From Erysipelotrichaceae bacterium (GTDB lineage Bacteria; Bacillota_I; Bacilli_A; Erysipelotrichales; Erysipelotrichaceae), in contig JAAZCQ010000037.1 of assembly GCA_012513225.1 (NCBI GenBank), positions 190,699 to 214,698 on the forward strand: 24,000 bases of DNA, read 5' to 3'. Below are positions 11,326-19,017 of the stretch, piece after piece. Under the pieces are notes generated by a model that saw only the letters and a program-made list of their open reading frames with translations, was not told the DNA's origin and ran no database searches. Positions within the stretch are counted from its first letter, which is position 1. Each line of letters opens with the position of its first letter. A program made the position numbers and the translations under genes.

Positions 11326-11637
11326 ATGAAAATAGTAGCTATAACTTCTTGTGCTACAGGAATAGCGCATACTTATATGGCAGCAGAAGCAATAAAAAAA
11401 ATATGTAAAAAAAAGGGGTTTGAATGTAAAGTTGAAATGCAAGGAGCTTTGGGAATTGAAAACATGTTAAAACCAAATGAAATTAAAGAAGCGGACTTAA
11501 TTATATTTGCTAATGATGTTGGAATTACCAAAGAAGAAAGATTTAAAGAATATAAAGATAAAATAATAAAAGTTACTCCACATTCAGTAATTAAAGATCC
11601 AAGTATAATTTTTAATAAAAAAGAGGAGAATAAATAA
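11326..11637 (+). CDS. PTS EIIB component, fructose family
   Basis: 103 aa. The N-terminal MKIVAITSCATGIAHTYMAAEAI contains the phospho-Cys signature of Fru-type EIIB. SD GGAGAA upstream. Confidence 0.88.
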   Translation: MKIVAITSCATGIAHTYMAAEAIKKICKKKGFECKVEMQGALGIENMLKPNEIKEADLIIFANDVGITKEERFKEYKDKIIKVTPHSVIKDPSIIFNKKEENK

Positions 11638-12704
11638 TGAAAGATATAAAGAATCAGATACAAGAAGCACTTTTAACGGGCGTTTCTTATATGTTACCTT
11701 TTGTAATTTCTGGTGGAATATTAATAGCGTTAGGGTTTTTATTAGGAGGATATAATATTCCAAATGATGTTGCACAAGGAGCTAATTTTGCATCAACAAT
11801 ATTTTGGCTAGGGAAAGTAGCATTTGGATTAATGGTACCTGTATTAGGGGCATATGTTTCTTATTCAATTGCTGACAAACCTGGTATTGCTCCAGGAATG
11901 GTAGGCGGTTTTATGGCTATGGATCCTTGGGGATTGGATATGGCATCTGGATTTTTAGGCGGCTTAATAGCAGGAATCGTTGCTGGTTACATTGTAAATT
12001 TATTGAAAAAAATACCAGTACCAAGTTCTTTAAGGTCACTTTTACCTACATTAATAATACCTGTACTTGGTGTAACATCTGTAGGACTATTGATGCATTA
12101 TGTAATTGGGGGACCAATTGCAGCCGTAACAGGAGCACTAACTAACTTTTTAAATAATATGGGAACAGGGAATTTAGTAATTCTAGGCATTATACAAGGA
12201 TGTATGCTTGCATTTGATATGGGAGGACCATTTAACAAAGTAGCATATGCATTTGCTTTAGCAGCAATGGATACAGGTAATTTTATGCCAATGGCAGCTA
12301 ATTTTGTTGGAAGTATGGCTCCACCTTTGGGTATTGCAATTGCAATTTTATTAGATAGAAACAAAGAAAAATTTACAGATACTGATCGTAATTCATTACC
12401 AGGACTATTCGCAGGTGCGGCTGCAATGATAACTGAATTTGCTATTCCATTTGCTGCAGCTCATCCATTACAAGTTATTCCTTCACTAATGGTTGGATCA
12501 GCAGTTGGGTGTGCATTATCATATATATTTGGGCTTACAATGCAAGCTCCGCATGGAGGTATATTTGTATTATTTGCTTTAAATAACGCTTTATTATTTT
12601 TAGTCGCATTACTTGTGGGTGGATTTGTTACTGGGGCTATATTATTCTTTATTAAAAAACCTGTTTCTGAAACAGAACAATCACTTGAAGAAATAGTGGA
12701 TTAA
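11637..12704 (+). CDS. PTS EIIC component, fructose family
   Basis: 355-aa polytopic protein with the Fru-type EIIC motifs DMGGPFNKVAYAF and ITEFAIPFAA. Start overlaps the EIIB stop (TAATG). Confidence 0.88.
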   Translation: MKDIKNQIQEALLTGVSYMLPFVISGGILIALGFLLGGYNIPNDVAQGANFASTIFWLGKVAFGLMVPVLGAYVSYSIADKPGIAPGMVGGFMAMDPWGLDMASGFLGGLIAGIVAGYIVNLLKKIPVPSSLRSLLPTLIIPVLGVTSVGLLMHYVIGGPIAAVTGALTNFLNNMGTGNLVILGIIQGCMLAFDMGGPFNKVAYAFALAAMDTGNFMPMAANFVGSMAPPLGIAIAILLDRNKEKFTDTDRNSLPGLFAGAAAMITEFAIPFAAAHPLQVIPSLMVGSAVGCALSYIFGLTMQAPHGGIFVLFALNNALLFLVALLVGGFVTGAILFFIKKPVSETEQSLEEIVD

Positions 12705-12715
12705 GAGGAAATAAA

Positions 12716-13630
12716 ATGGCTAAATTAATTGATATTCAGGGAAAATTTCCTTTTGAACCAGATAATAAAAAACCAATGCTTATTAGAAAGAATGATTATT
12801 CTACAGCATTATATCCACCTAACAACGCATTTACTTCTGATAATACATTTACAATTATAACAACGGATACATTTATGCTAGGTATTTATGAATTAGGTCC
12901 TGGAGGTGTATTTCTTCCATTAGATATACATCCTGGGGATGAATCTTACTATATTCTTAATGGTCCAGTAGTTCAAAGGAGTGGAAATGGTCAATTTGCA
13001 TACCTAGAATCTGGAGAAGGACTTTATATGCCTGAAGGTGCTTGGCACTGTGCACATAATTTTTCATCAAATAAAGCTAGAATATTGTATTTTATAACTC
13101 CAGAAGCTTGGAATGAAGAAATTCCACCTGCTGTAATACCTTCTGACGAGGAAACAAAATTTTATAAAGGTCCAAATAATCATAAATTACCTAATATGAA
13201 AAGCAAAATAAAAAATATAGCAAGACAAGGATGTACTGATGATATTGGAAGCTGGCCAACTGATGCAAAAGAAGCTAGAGAATCAGGGGCAGTATATGCA
13301 GTAAGAGAGCATGAAAAACTTAATAATATTCACGGGACAAAGCATCCAATGCTAATTAGATTTATAACAAGTAATGATTATGGTCATTTTGGTGAATTTA
13401 TTTTACCTGCAGGTGGATATGGTCCAAGATGTTCTGATCCTGATACACATGCAGGAGATGCTGCACTATATTGTATAGAAGGACCTGTTACTGTCAATTT
13501 GGTAGATTTAGAGGAAAGCTTTGTTCTAGATCCAGAAGACACATTTTTCTTACCAGCAAATACAAAATATCAGTTAGTTAATTTTGAGAATAAACCAATA
13601 AAGGTTGTATTTGCTATAACTAATTTATAA
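12716..13630 (+). CDS. bicupin protein of unknown function (candidate sugar or sugar-phosphate isomerase)
   Basis: Two cupin modules. The N-module fits both classic cupin motifs with exact spacing: G-x5-D-x-H-x3-E-x6-G (GVFLPLDIHPGDESYYILNG) and G-x5-P-x-G-x2-H-x3-N (GEGLYMPEGAWHCAHN). The C-module keeps the spacing but has Ala for the Glu and Tyr for the motif-2 His. Confidence 0.7.
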   Translation: MAKLIDIQGKFPFEPDNKKPMLIRKNDYSTALYPPNNAFTSDNTFTIITTDTFMLGIYELGPGGVFLPLDIHPGDESYYILNGPVVQRSGNGQFAYLESGEGLYMPEGAWHCAHNFSSNKARILYFITPEAWNEEIPPAVIPSDEETKFYKGPNNHKLPNMKSKIKNIARQGCTDDIGSWPTDAKEARESGAVYAVREHEKLNNIHGTKHPMLIRFITSNDYGHFGEFILPAGGYGPRCSDPDTHAGDAALYCIEGPVTVNLVDLEESFVLDPEDTFFLPANTKYQLVNFENKPIKVVFAITNL

Positions 13631-13636
13631 GTAAGC

Positions 13637-13664
13637 ATAGAAACCTAATTCATTAGGTTTCTAT
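13637..13664 (+). other. intra-operon RNA hairpin (perfect 13-nt inverted repeat)
   Basis: ATAGAAACCTAAT (13637-13649), TC, ATTAGGTTTCTAT (13652-13664). Sits in the only sizeable gap of the operon (57 nt). Followed by only a short T tract (TTTAAT). Confidence 0.6.
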
Positions 13665-13687
13665 TTAATAGATAGGAGGTTTTATAA

Positions 13688-14143
13688 TTGAGAATAGCAA
13701 TTGGCTGTGATGAAGCGGCATATGATTTAAAAGAAGCGATAAAACAATACTTAAATACAAAAGATTGTACTTTAGTAGATGTTGGTACATATGATAAAAA
13801 TCCTGTATTATATCCAGATATTGCAGAAAAAGTATGTAATGAAATATTAAATAATAACTGTGAAAGAGGTATCTTATTTTGTGGGACAGGGATAGGTATG
13901 TCTATAACTGCGAATAAAATTCCAGGAATTAGAGCTGCAGTTGTACATGATATATTTTCATTAGAAAGAATGATAAAAAGTAATGATTGTCAAATTATAT
14001 GTATGGGCTCTAGAATAATTGCTCAACAAACTGCAGAATTTTTACTTGATAGATGGCTAAAAATTAAATTCATAGATAGTCCTAGCACTGAAAAAATAAA
14101 TAGAATAAAACAAATTGAAAATAAATATAATAATGTGAGGTGA
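13688..14143 (+). CDS. rpiB: RpiB/LacA/LacB-family sugar-phosphate isomerase (divergent; LacB-like C-terminus)
   Basis: MRIAIGCDEAA... and GILFCGTGIGMSITANKIPGIRAA carry the family's Asp8, Cys65 and Thr67. TTG start at 13688 sits 8 nt after AGGAGG and gives the canonical MxIAIGxD N-terminus. The symbol reflects the family only; the substrate is uncertain (see findings). Confidence 0.8.
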   Translation: MRIAIGCDEAAYDLKEAIKQYLNTKDCTLVDVGTYDKNPVLYPDIAEKVCNEILNNNCERGILFCGTGIGMSITANKIPGIRAAVVHDIFSLERMIKSNDCQIICMGSRIIAQQTAEFLLDRWLKIKFIDSPSTEKINRIKQIENKYNNVR

Positions 14144-14146
14144 AAA

Positions 14147-15142
14147 ATGCAAAGAATAATTAATAATCCAAATTTAGTTGTCGAAGATATGTTAAAAGGA
14201 TATGAAAAAAGTCATTCAGATATAATACATTCAGATGAAAACAATCCGAGAGTAATAATTTCAAATAGTGTTAAAGAAAAAAAGAAAGTTGGGATTATAA
14301 CTGGAGGAGGAAGTGGACATGAGCCAGCATTTTTAGGATATTGTGGAAGAAATATGGTAGATGCAGTAGCTGTAGGAGAAATTTTCTCTTCACCAACTGC
14401 AAAGTCATTTTATGATTGTATAAGAGCAGTAGACCAAGGTATGGGTGTAGCATGCTTATATGGTAATTATGCTGGAGATAATATGAATGTTAAAATGGCT
14501 ATAGAATTAGCAGAGGATGATGAAATCGAAGTTAAGACTGTAGTTGCAAATGATGATGTAGCAAGCGCTCCAAAAAATGAAATTGATAAAAGAAGAGGAG
14601 TGGCTGGAGAAATATTTATGTGGAAAGTTGGTGGTGCTAAATCTAATATGGGGGCAACTTTAGATGAAGTAATAAAAACAACTCAAAAAGCAATAAATAA
14701 TACTAGGAGTATAGGAGTTGGGCTTAGTCCATGTACTATTCCAGCAAATGGTAAACCAAATTTTATGATTGAACCAGGAACTATGGAATTTGGTATTGGT
14801 CATCATGGAGAACCTGGAATTTCCGTAAAAAAATTATCAACAGCTAAAGATATAGCTTCTAATATGGTAGAGATTATTTATAATGATTCACTATTTGAAA
14901 ATGGTGATGAAGTATCAGTTTTAATATCAGGGTTAGGGTCAACTCCTCTTATGGAGCAATATATTTTATTTGATGAAGTTGCCAAAATTTTAGAAGAAAA
15001 GAATATTACTATTTATAAAGCGTATATTGGAAATTATTTCACATCCTTAGAAATGAATGGTCTTACACTAACAATTATGAAGCTTGATGAGGAGCTAAAA
15101 GAATGTTTAGATATGCCTGTAGACACAGTAGGATTTAAATAG
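14147..15142 (+). CDS. dhaK: dihydroxyacetone kinase, substrate-binding subunit DhaK (Dak1 domain)
   Basis: GGGSGHEP motif and FGIGHHGEPG (the His that forms the hemiaminal with the substrate in E. coli DhaK). 331 aa. Confidence 0.9.
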   Translation: MQRIINNPNLVVEDMLKGYEKSHSDIIHSDENNPRVIISNSVKEKKKVGIITGGGSGHEPAFLGYCGRNMVDAVAVGEIFSSPTAKSFYDCIRAVDQGMGVACLYGNYAGDNMNVKMAIELAEDDEIEVKTVVANDDVASAPKNEIDKRRGVAGEIFMWKVGGAKSNMGATLDEVIKTTQKAINNTRSIGVGLSPCTIPANGKPNFMIEPGTMEFGIGHHGEPGISVKKLSTAKDIASNMVEIIYNDSLFENGDEVSVLISGLGSTPLMEQYILFDEVAKILEEKNITIYKAYIGNYFTSLEMNGLTLTIMKLDEELKECLDMPVDTVGFK

Positions 15143-15153
15143 AGGTGAACAAT

Positions 15154-15798
15154 ATGAAAGATTATATATATGATAATAATAATAGTTGGATTGTTTTAGA
15201 CATTATAGAACAAATTCATCTAAACTCTTCTTACTTAAGTGAAATAGATGGAGCTACTGGTGATGGCGATCACGGTGTAAATATGGATAAAGGCTTTATG
15301 CTTGCTAAGGAGAAAATACCTTTAGATTCAAATTTTACAGAAGCTTTAAAAATATTAGGTAGAACATTGGTGATGGATATTGGCGGAAGTATGGGACCAA
15401 TTTATGGTACTTTTTTCTCAAAATTAAGTAGAACTTTAAAAAGTAAAGAAGAAATTGATAAGTATTTATTTTTAGATGCTTTAAAAAATGCAAATCAAGG
15501 CTTATTAGACTTAGCTGGAGCAAAAGTTGGGGATAAAACACTAATTGACACACTATATCCCGCCATTTTATCTTATGAGAATGCGATAAATAATAATTTG
15601 ACATTTTATCAATGCTTATATGAAATGAAACAAGGTGCCAAAAGTGGAATGGAAAGTACAAAAGATATGGTAGCTAAAATAGGAAGAGCTTCTAGGTTGG
15701 GAGAAAGAAGTAAAGGATACCTTGATGCTGGAGCAACTTCATGTTTCATAATCCTAGATACTATGGCTAATTCAATACAAAAAGAGCTAGCTAAGTAA
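15154..15798 (+). CDS. dhaL: dihydroxyacetone kinase, nucleotide-binding subunit DhaL (Dak2 domain)
   Basis: DGATGDGDHGVNM motif (Mg/ADP-binding Asp cluster of DhaL). ATG at 15154 is 6 nt after GAGGTG. The listed ORF begins at GTG 15145, which lies inside that SD. Confidence 0.88.
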   Translation: MKDYIYDNNNSWIVLDIIEQIHLNSSYLSEIDGATGDGDHGVNMDKGFMLAKEKIPLDSNFTEALKILGRTLVMDIGGSMGPIYGTFFSKLSRTLKSKEEIDKYLFLDALKNANQGLLDLAGAKVGDKTLIDTLYPAILSYENAINNNLTFYQCLYEMKQGAKSGMESTKDMVAKIGRASRLGERSKGYLDAGATSCFIILDTMANSIQKELAK

Positions 15799-16580
15799 TG
15801 AATGCACACTCAAAAAAATATTTTTTCTTTGATATAGATGGGACTTTAACTGACAATGCAACCGGAGAAATCATCCCATCAGCAAAAAAAGCTATAGATT
15901 TGCTTTTAAAGCGTGGACACTTTGTTTCTTTAGCAACTGGAAGAGCTCATTATAAAGCAAGAAAATTTATGAATGAAATAGGGCTTCATAACATGGTATG
16001 TGGAGGAGGTGGCTCTATAGTAATTAATGATAAACTTATATATAATATTCCTTTAGAATTTAATAAAGCACAAAAAATTATAGATGAAGCTGAAAAATTA
16101 GGTATTGGTATTTTGTTGATGTTGGATGATTCAACTAAGCTATATTCTAAAAATGATAATTTTAGAATACAAGTTGGTAATCGAAAAGAGCCAACAGAAT
16201 ATATTATTGATAGTAATTTAGATTATAAACATTTAATAGAAATATTTAAAATTTATTTATCTATATCGAAAGAAGATGAACATTTATTAACTACAAAAAC
16301 AATTCTTGGAAATTTAAGATTTGTTCCAGAGTACTTAATGTTTCAGTATGACGAAAAAGATAAAGGAATAAAGGAAATGATAAAGTTAATTAATGGTTCT
16401 CTTACGGATGTTGTTGTCTTTGGTGATGATTACAATGATCTGGTAATGTTTGATTCGATTTGGACAAACATTGCAATGGGAAATGCGTGCAAAGAATTAA
16501 AGGACAAAGCTACTTTTGTCACCAAATCAAATATTGAGGATGGAATATTATATGCATGTGAAAAAATGGATTGGATTTAA
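15798..16580 (+). CDS. Cof-type HAD-IIB sugar phosphatase
   Basis: Motif I FFDIDGTLT, motif IV GDDYNDLVMF, and a cap-domain-sized insert between them. Start overlaps the dhaL stop (TAATG). Confidence 0.85.
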   Translation: MNAHSKKYFFFDIDGTLTDNATGEIIPSAKKAIDLLLKRGHFVSLATGRAHYKARKFMNEIGLHNMVCGGGGSIVINDKLIYNIPLEFNKAQKIIDEAEKLGIGILLMLDDSTKLYSKNDNFRIQVGNRKEPTEYIIDSNLDYKHLIEIFKIYLSISKEDEHLLTTKTILGNLRFVPEYLMFQYDEKDKGIKEMIKLINGSLTDVVVFGDDYNDLVMFDSIWTNIAMGNACKELKDKATFVTKSNIEDGILYACEKMDWI

Positions 16581-16663
16581 TATTATCCAATTAATAAAAA
16601 GCGAAAAAATAATCTTAAATGGATATAATAAAACCTTTGTATATACTAATAGATAAACAATAT

Positions 16664-16700
16664 AAAAGAAATGAACATCATAGTTTCATTTCTTTTATTT
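16664..16700 (+). terminator. rho-independent terminator closing the PTS/ketose operon
   Basis: 12-bp perfect stem AAAAGAAATGAA (16664-16675) / TTCATTTCTTTT (16685-16696), 9-nt loop, T-rich tail. Confidence 0.65.
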
Positions 16701-16798
16701 AGATGATATAAAAAATGATAAATTATGATTCTTATGATTGTATAAAGAAGTATATAATTAATGATATGTAATAAAAATTATAAGAAAGTGAGTTTAAT

Positions 16799-17536
16799 AT
16801 GACTAAGATTTTAGAAGTTTGTTGTGGTAGTTATGAAGATGTTCTTGCTGCTTATAGAGGTGGTGCAAAAAGAGTTGAATTAAATAGTGCTTTATTTATG
16901 GGAGGTCTTACACCATCTTTATCCACATTAAAATTGTCAAAAGAAAATACTGATATAAAAATTATTTCAATGGTAAGGCCAAGAGGAGCAGGTTTTTGCT
17001 ATAGTGAAAAAGAATTTGAAGTTATTAAAATGGATACAATATTATTATTAGAAAATGGCAGTGATGGAATTGCATTTGGATTTTTAACAGATGATAATGA
17101 AATAGATGTTAAAAGAACAAAAGTTTTAGTTGACATTATACATGGATATAATAAAGAAGCAGTTTTTCATCGTGCTTTTGATTGTGTGGAAAATCCGTTT
17201 TCATCTATTGAAAAGTTAATTGATTTAAAAATAGACAGAGTACTAACTAGTGGTTTGTATGAAAAAGCTTTTGAAGGCAAAGAAATCTTAAAGCAATTAA
17301 ATCAAAAATATGGTGATAAAATTGAGATACTTGCTGGGAGTGGTATAAATGCATCTAATGCGATTAGTTTGATGAATTATACTGGATTGTCTCAAATACA
17401 CTCTTCTTGTAAAAGTTGGAATATGGATCCTACTACAACGAATGAACAAGTAAGTTTTGAATATAATGGATTAAAATATGATGTGGTAGATGAAAAATTA
17501 GTAAAAGAATTAGAAGATTTATTAAAAGAAAAGTAA
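16799..17536 (+). CDS. cutC: CutC-family protein (copper homeostasis protein CutC homologue)
   Basis: The N-terminus ILEVCCGSYEDVLAAYRGGAKRVELNSALFMGGLTPS matches the CutC signature (E. coli: LEICCYS...GADRVELC...GGLTPS). 245 aa TIM-barrel-sized protein. Confidence 0.8.
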   Translation: MTKILEVCCGSYEDVLAAYRGGAKRVELNSALFMGGLTPSLSTLKLSKENTDIKIISMVRPRGAGFCYSEKEFEVIKMDTILLLENGSDGIAFGFLTDDNEIDVKRTKVLVDIIHGYNKEAVFHRAFDCVENPFSSIEKLIDLKIDRVLTSGLYEKAFEGKEILKQLNQKYGDKIEILAGSGINASNAISLMNYTGLSQIHSSCKSWNMDPTTTNEQVSFEYNGLKYDVVDEKLVKELEDLLKEK

Positions 17537-17566
17537 GATTTTAAAAATATGAAAATTGTAAATGAA

Positions 17567-17594
17567 AAGCCCGTTAAATTAATATAACGGGCTT
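17567..17594. terminator. terminator hairpin shared by convergent cutC and the permease gene
   Basis: 10-bp perfect stem AAGCCCGTTA (17567-17576) / TAACGGGCTT (17585-17594) with 5 GC pairs. The U-tract is good on the minus strand (TTTTCATTT) and weaker on the plus strand. Confidence 0.7.
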
Positions 17595-17613
17595 AAATAT
17601 TTACTATTTTATA

Positions 17614-18909
17614 TTAAGCGTATATAAACCAAATTAGTACATAACCTATAAATACAGCAACTAATGTAAATGGAATTGAAATTTTCATAAATTCACTATT
17701 TTTTACAGAATATCCTTCTTTTCTAAGTAATCCTAAAGCAGTAATATTAGCTGATGCACCAATTGGAGTTAAATTTCCACCTAATGTAGCACCTGATAAT
17801 AAGCCAAACATTAATAAGGTTTGATCGACTCCTAGTGATAATGCAATACCAGAAACAACAGGTAACATAGTTAATACATATGGTATGTTATCAATAAAAG
17901 CACTTAAAAGAACAGAGGCCCAAACAATAATTGTATAAAGCATAAATATATTGCCTTCACCTGCATTTGCAATTAAAGAAGCTAACCAATCTATAACACC
18001 AGCTTCATTAATTCCTGCAATAACAATAAATAAACCAAGAAGTAACCCTAAAGTAAAAAAGTCAATTTCTTTTAAAGTATTTTTAAAAATATTAATATCT
18101 TTTTGTACAATTATTTCATATATAATTCCTATAATCATTAATGCAACACATATTAAGCCATTAATATTATCCTTAATCCAAACTGGAAAAACACCATTAG
18201 GAACAAATGATGCAATGATTAGTAAAACTACTAATCCTACTAGTAATACTGTGGGGACATAGTCTTTTACAACAGTTGAATCATTAAATTCAAATTTTTC
18301 ATTATCATTTCTAAATATATAAAGAAGAACTAATGTTGCACCAATACTAGAAATTTGAACAACCCAAAATAGTCCCATTTTTCCATTAAAGACAAAGAAA
18401 TCTAAGAAATTCATATTGTTATAGCCACCAAGTAAAATAGATGTAGTATCACCTACTAAGGTAGCCGCACCTTGTAAATTTGAAGATATTGCGATAGCAA
18501 TAATTGATTTTACAGGTGATATATTAAGTTTTTTACATAAGGTCATTGCTACTGGAGCTACCATTAATACTGTAGCTACATTATCTACAAATGCACTAAT
18601 AAAGCTAGCAAATATAGCTAAAGCAACAGTCATCCATTTAATATTCGGCATTTTGTCAATAATAAATTCAGCCATCTTTTCTGGCATTTTTGATTCTATA
18701 AATAATGAAACAATACCCATTGTACCAGCTATCATCATAAGTACATTAAAATCAATTGAACCAAGTATCTTGTTAATGGGTAAAAATCCCATTAATATAA
18801 ATATTAATCCGCTGCCTAATGCTATATACGGCCTGTAATTTTGAAATATAATAAGTCCTATATAAGTTATAGCGAATAATAGTAAAGCGATAATTGTGCT
18901 AGATTCCAT
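17614..18909 (-). CDS. ArsB/NhaD-superfamily (CitMHS/YbiR-like) anion permease
   Basis: 431-aa protein with about 10-12 TM segments. The segment SAFVDNVATVLMVAPVA resembles the conserved (F/L)DNDATV motif of ArsB/NhaD permeases, repeated in degenerate form in the C-terminal half (SAFIDNIPYVLTMLPV). Confidence 0.65.
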   Translation of the reverse strand: MESSTIIALLLFAITYIGLIIFQNYRPYIALGSGLIFILMGFLPINKILGSIDFNVLMMIAGTMGIVSLFIESKMPEKMAEFIIDKMPNIKWMTVALAIFASFISAFVDNVATVLMVAPVAMTLCKKLNISPVKSIIAIAISSNLQGAATLVGDTTSILLGGYNNMNFLDFFVFNGKMGLFWVVQISSIGATLVLLYIFRNDNEKFEFNDSTVVKDYVPTVLLVGLVVLLIIASFVPNGVFPVWIKDNINGLICVALMIIGIIYEIIVQKDINIFKNTLKEIDFFTLGLLLGLFIVIAGINEAGVIDWLASLIANAGEGNIFMLYTIIVWASVLLSAFIDNIPYVLTMLPVVSGIALSLGVDQTLLMFGLLSGATLGGNLTPIGASANITALGLLRKEGYSVKNSEFMKISIPFTLVAVFIGYVLIWFIYA

Positions 18910-19017
18910 ATTTGTAACCCTTTAATCTTTCATTTTTATTTATAGGCATATATTTGCCATACGGTTACTATTTTAACAAATTTTTATAAATATAAAAGTA
19001 AAAAAAGAGAAAGTTAC

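Noticed and set aside
11373-11775. Two antisense ORFs (96 and 63 aa) across the EIIB/EIIC junction
   Set aside because: Both are antisense to PTS genes with diagnostic motifs. Their translations are low-complexity F/L/I/S-rich.
11927-12364. 72-aa sense-shifted and 88-aa antisense ORFs inside the Fru-type EIIC
   Set aside because: Overlap a well-supported membrane gene. No SD and no recognisable domain.
15335-15809. 108-aa and 66-aa antisense ORFs inside dhaL
   Set aside because: Antisense to a gene with the DGATGDGDHG signature. Sequence is non-protein-like.
17951-18838. 103-aa and 61-aa plus-strand ORFs inside the minus-strand permease gene
   Set aside because: Mirror-frame artefacts of a long hydrophobic gene. 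No start-site signals.
18944-18958. Sigma-54-like GGCAT-N-TTGCC element
   Set aside because: GG to GC spacing is one nt short of the -24/-12 consensus. It is on the plus strand, pointing into the 3' end of a minus-strand gene. No enhancer-binding-protein gene is nearby.
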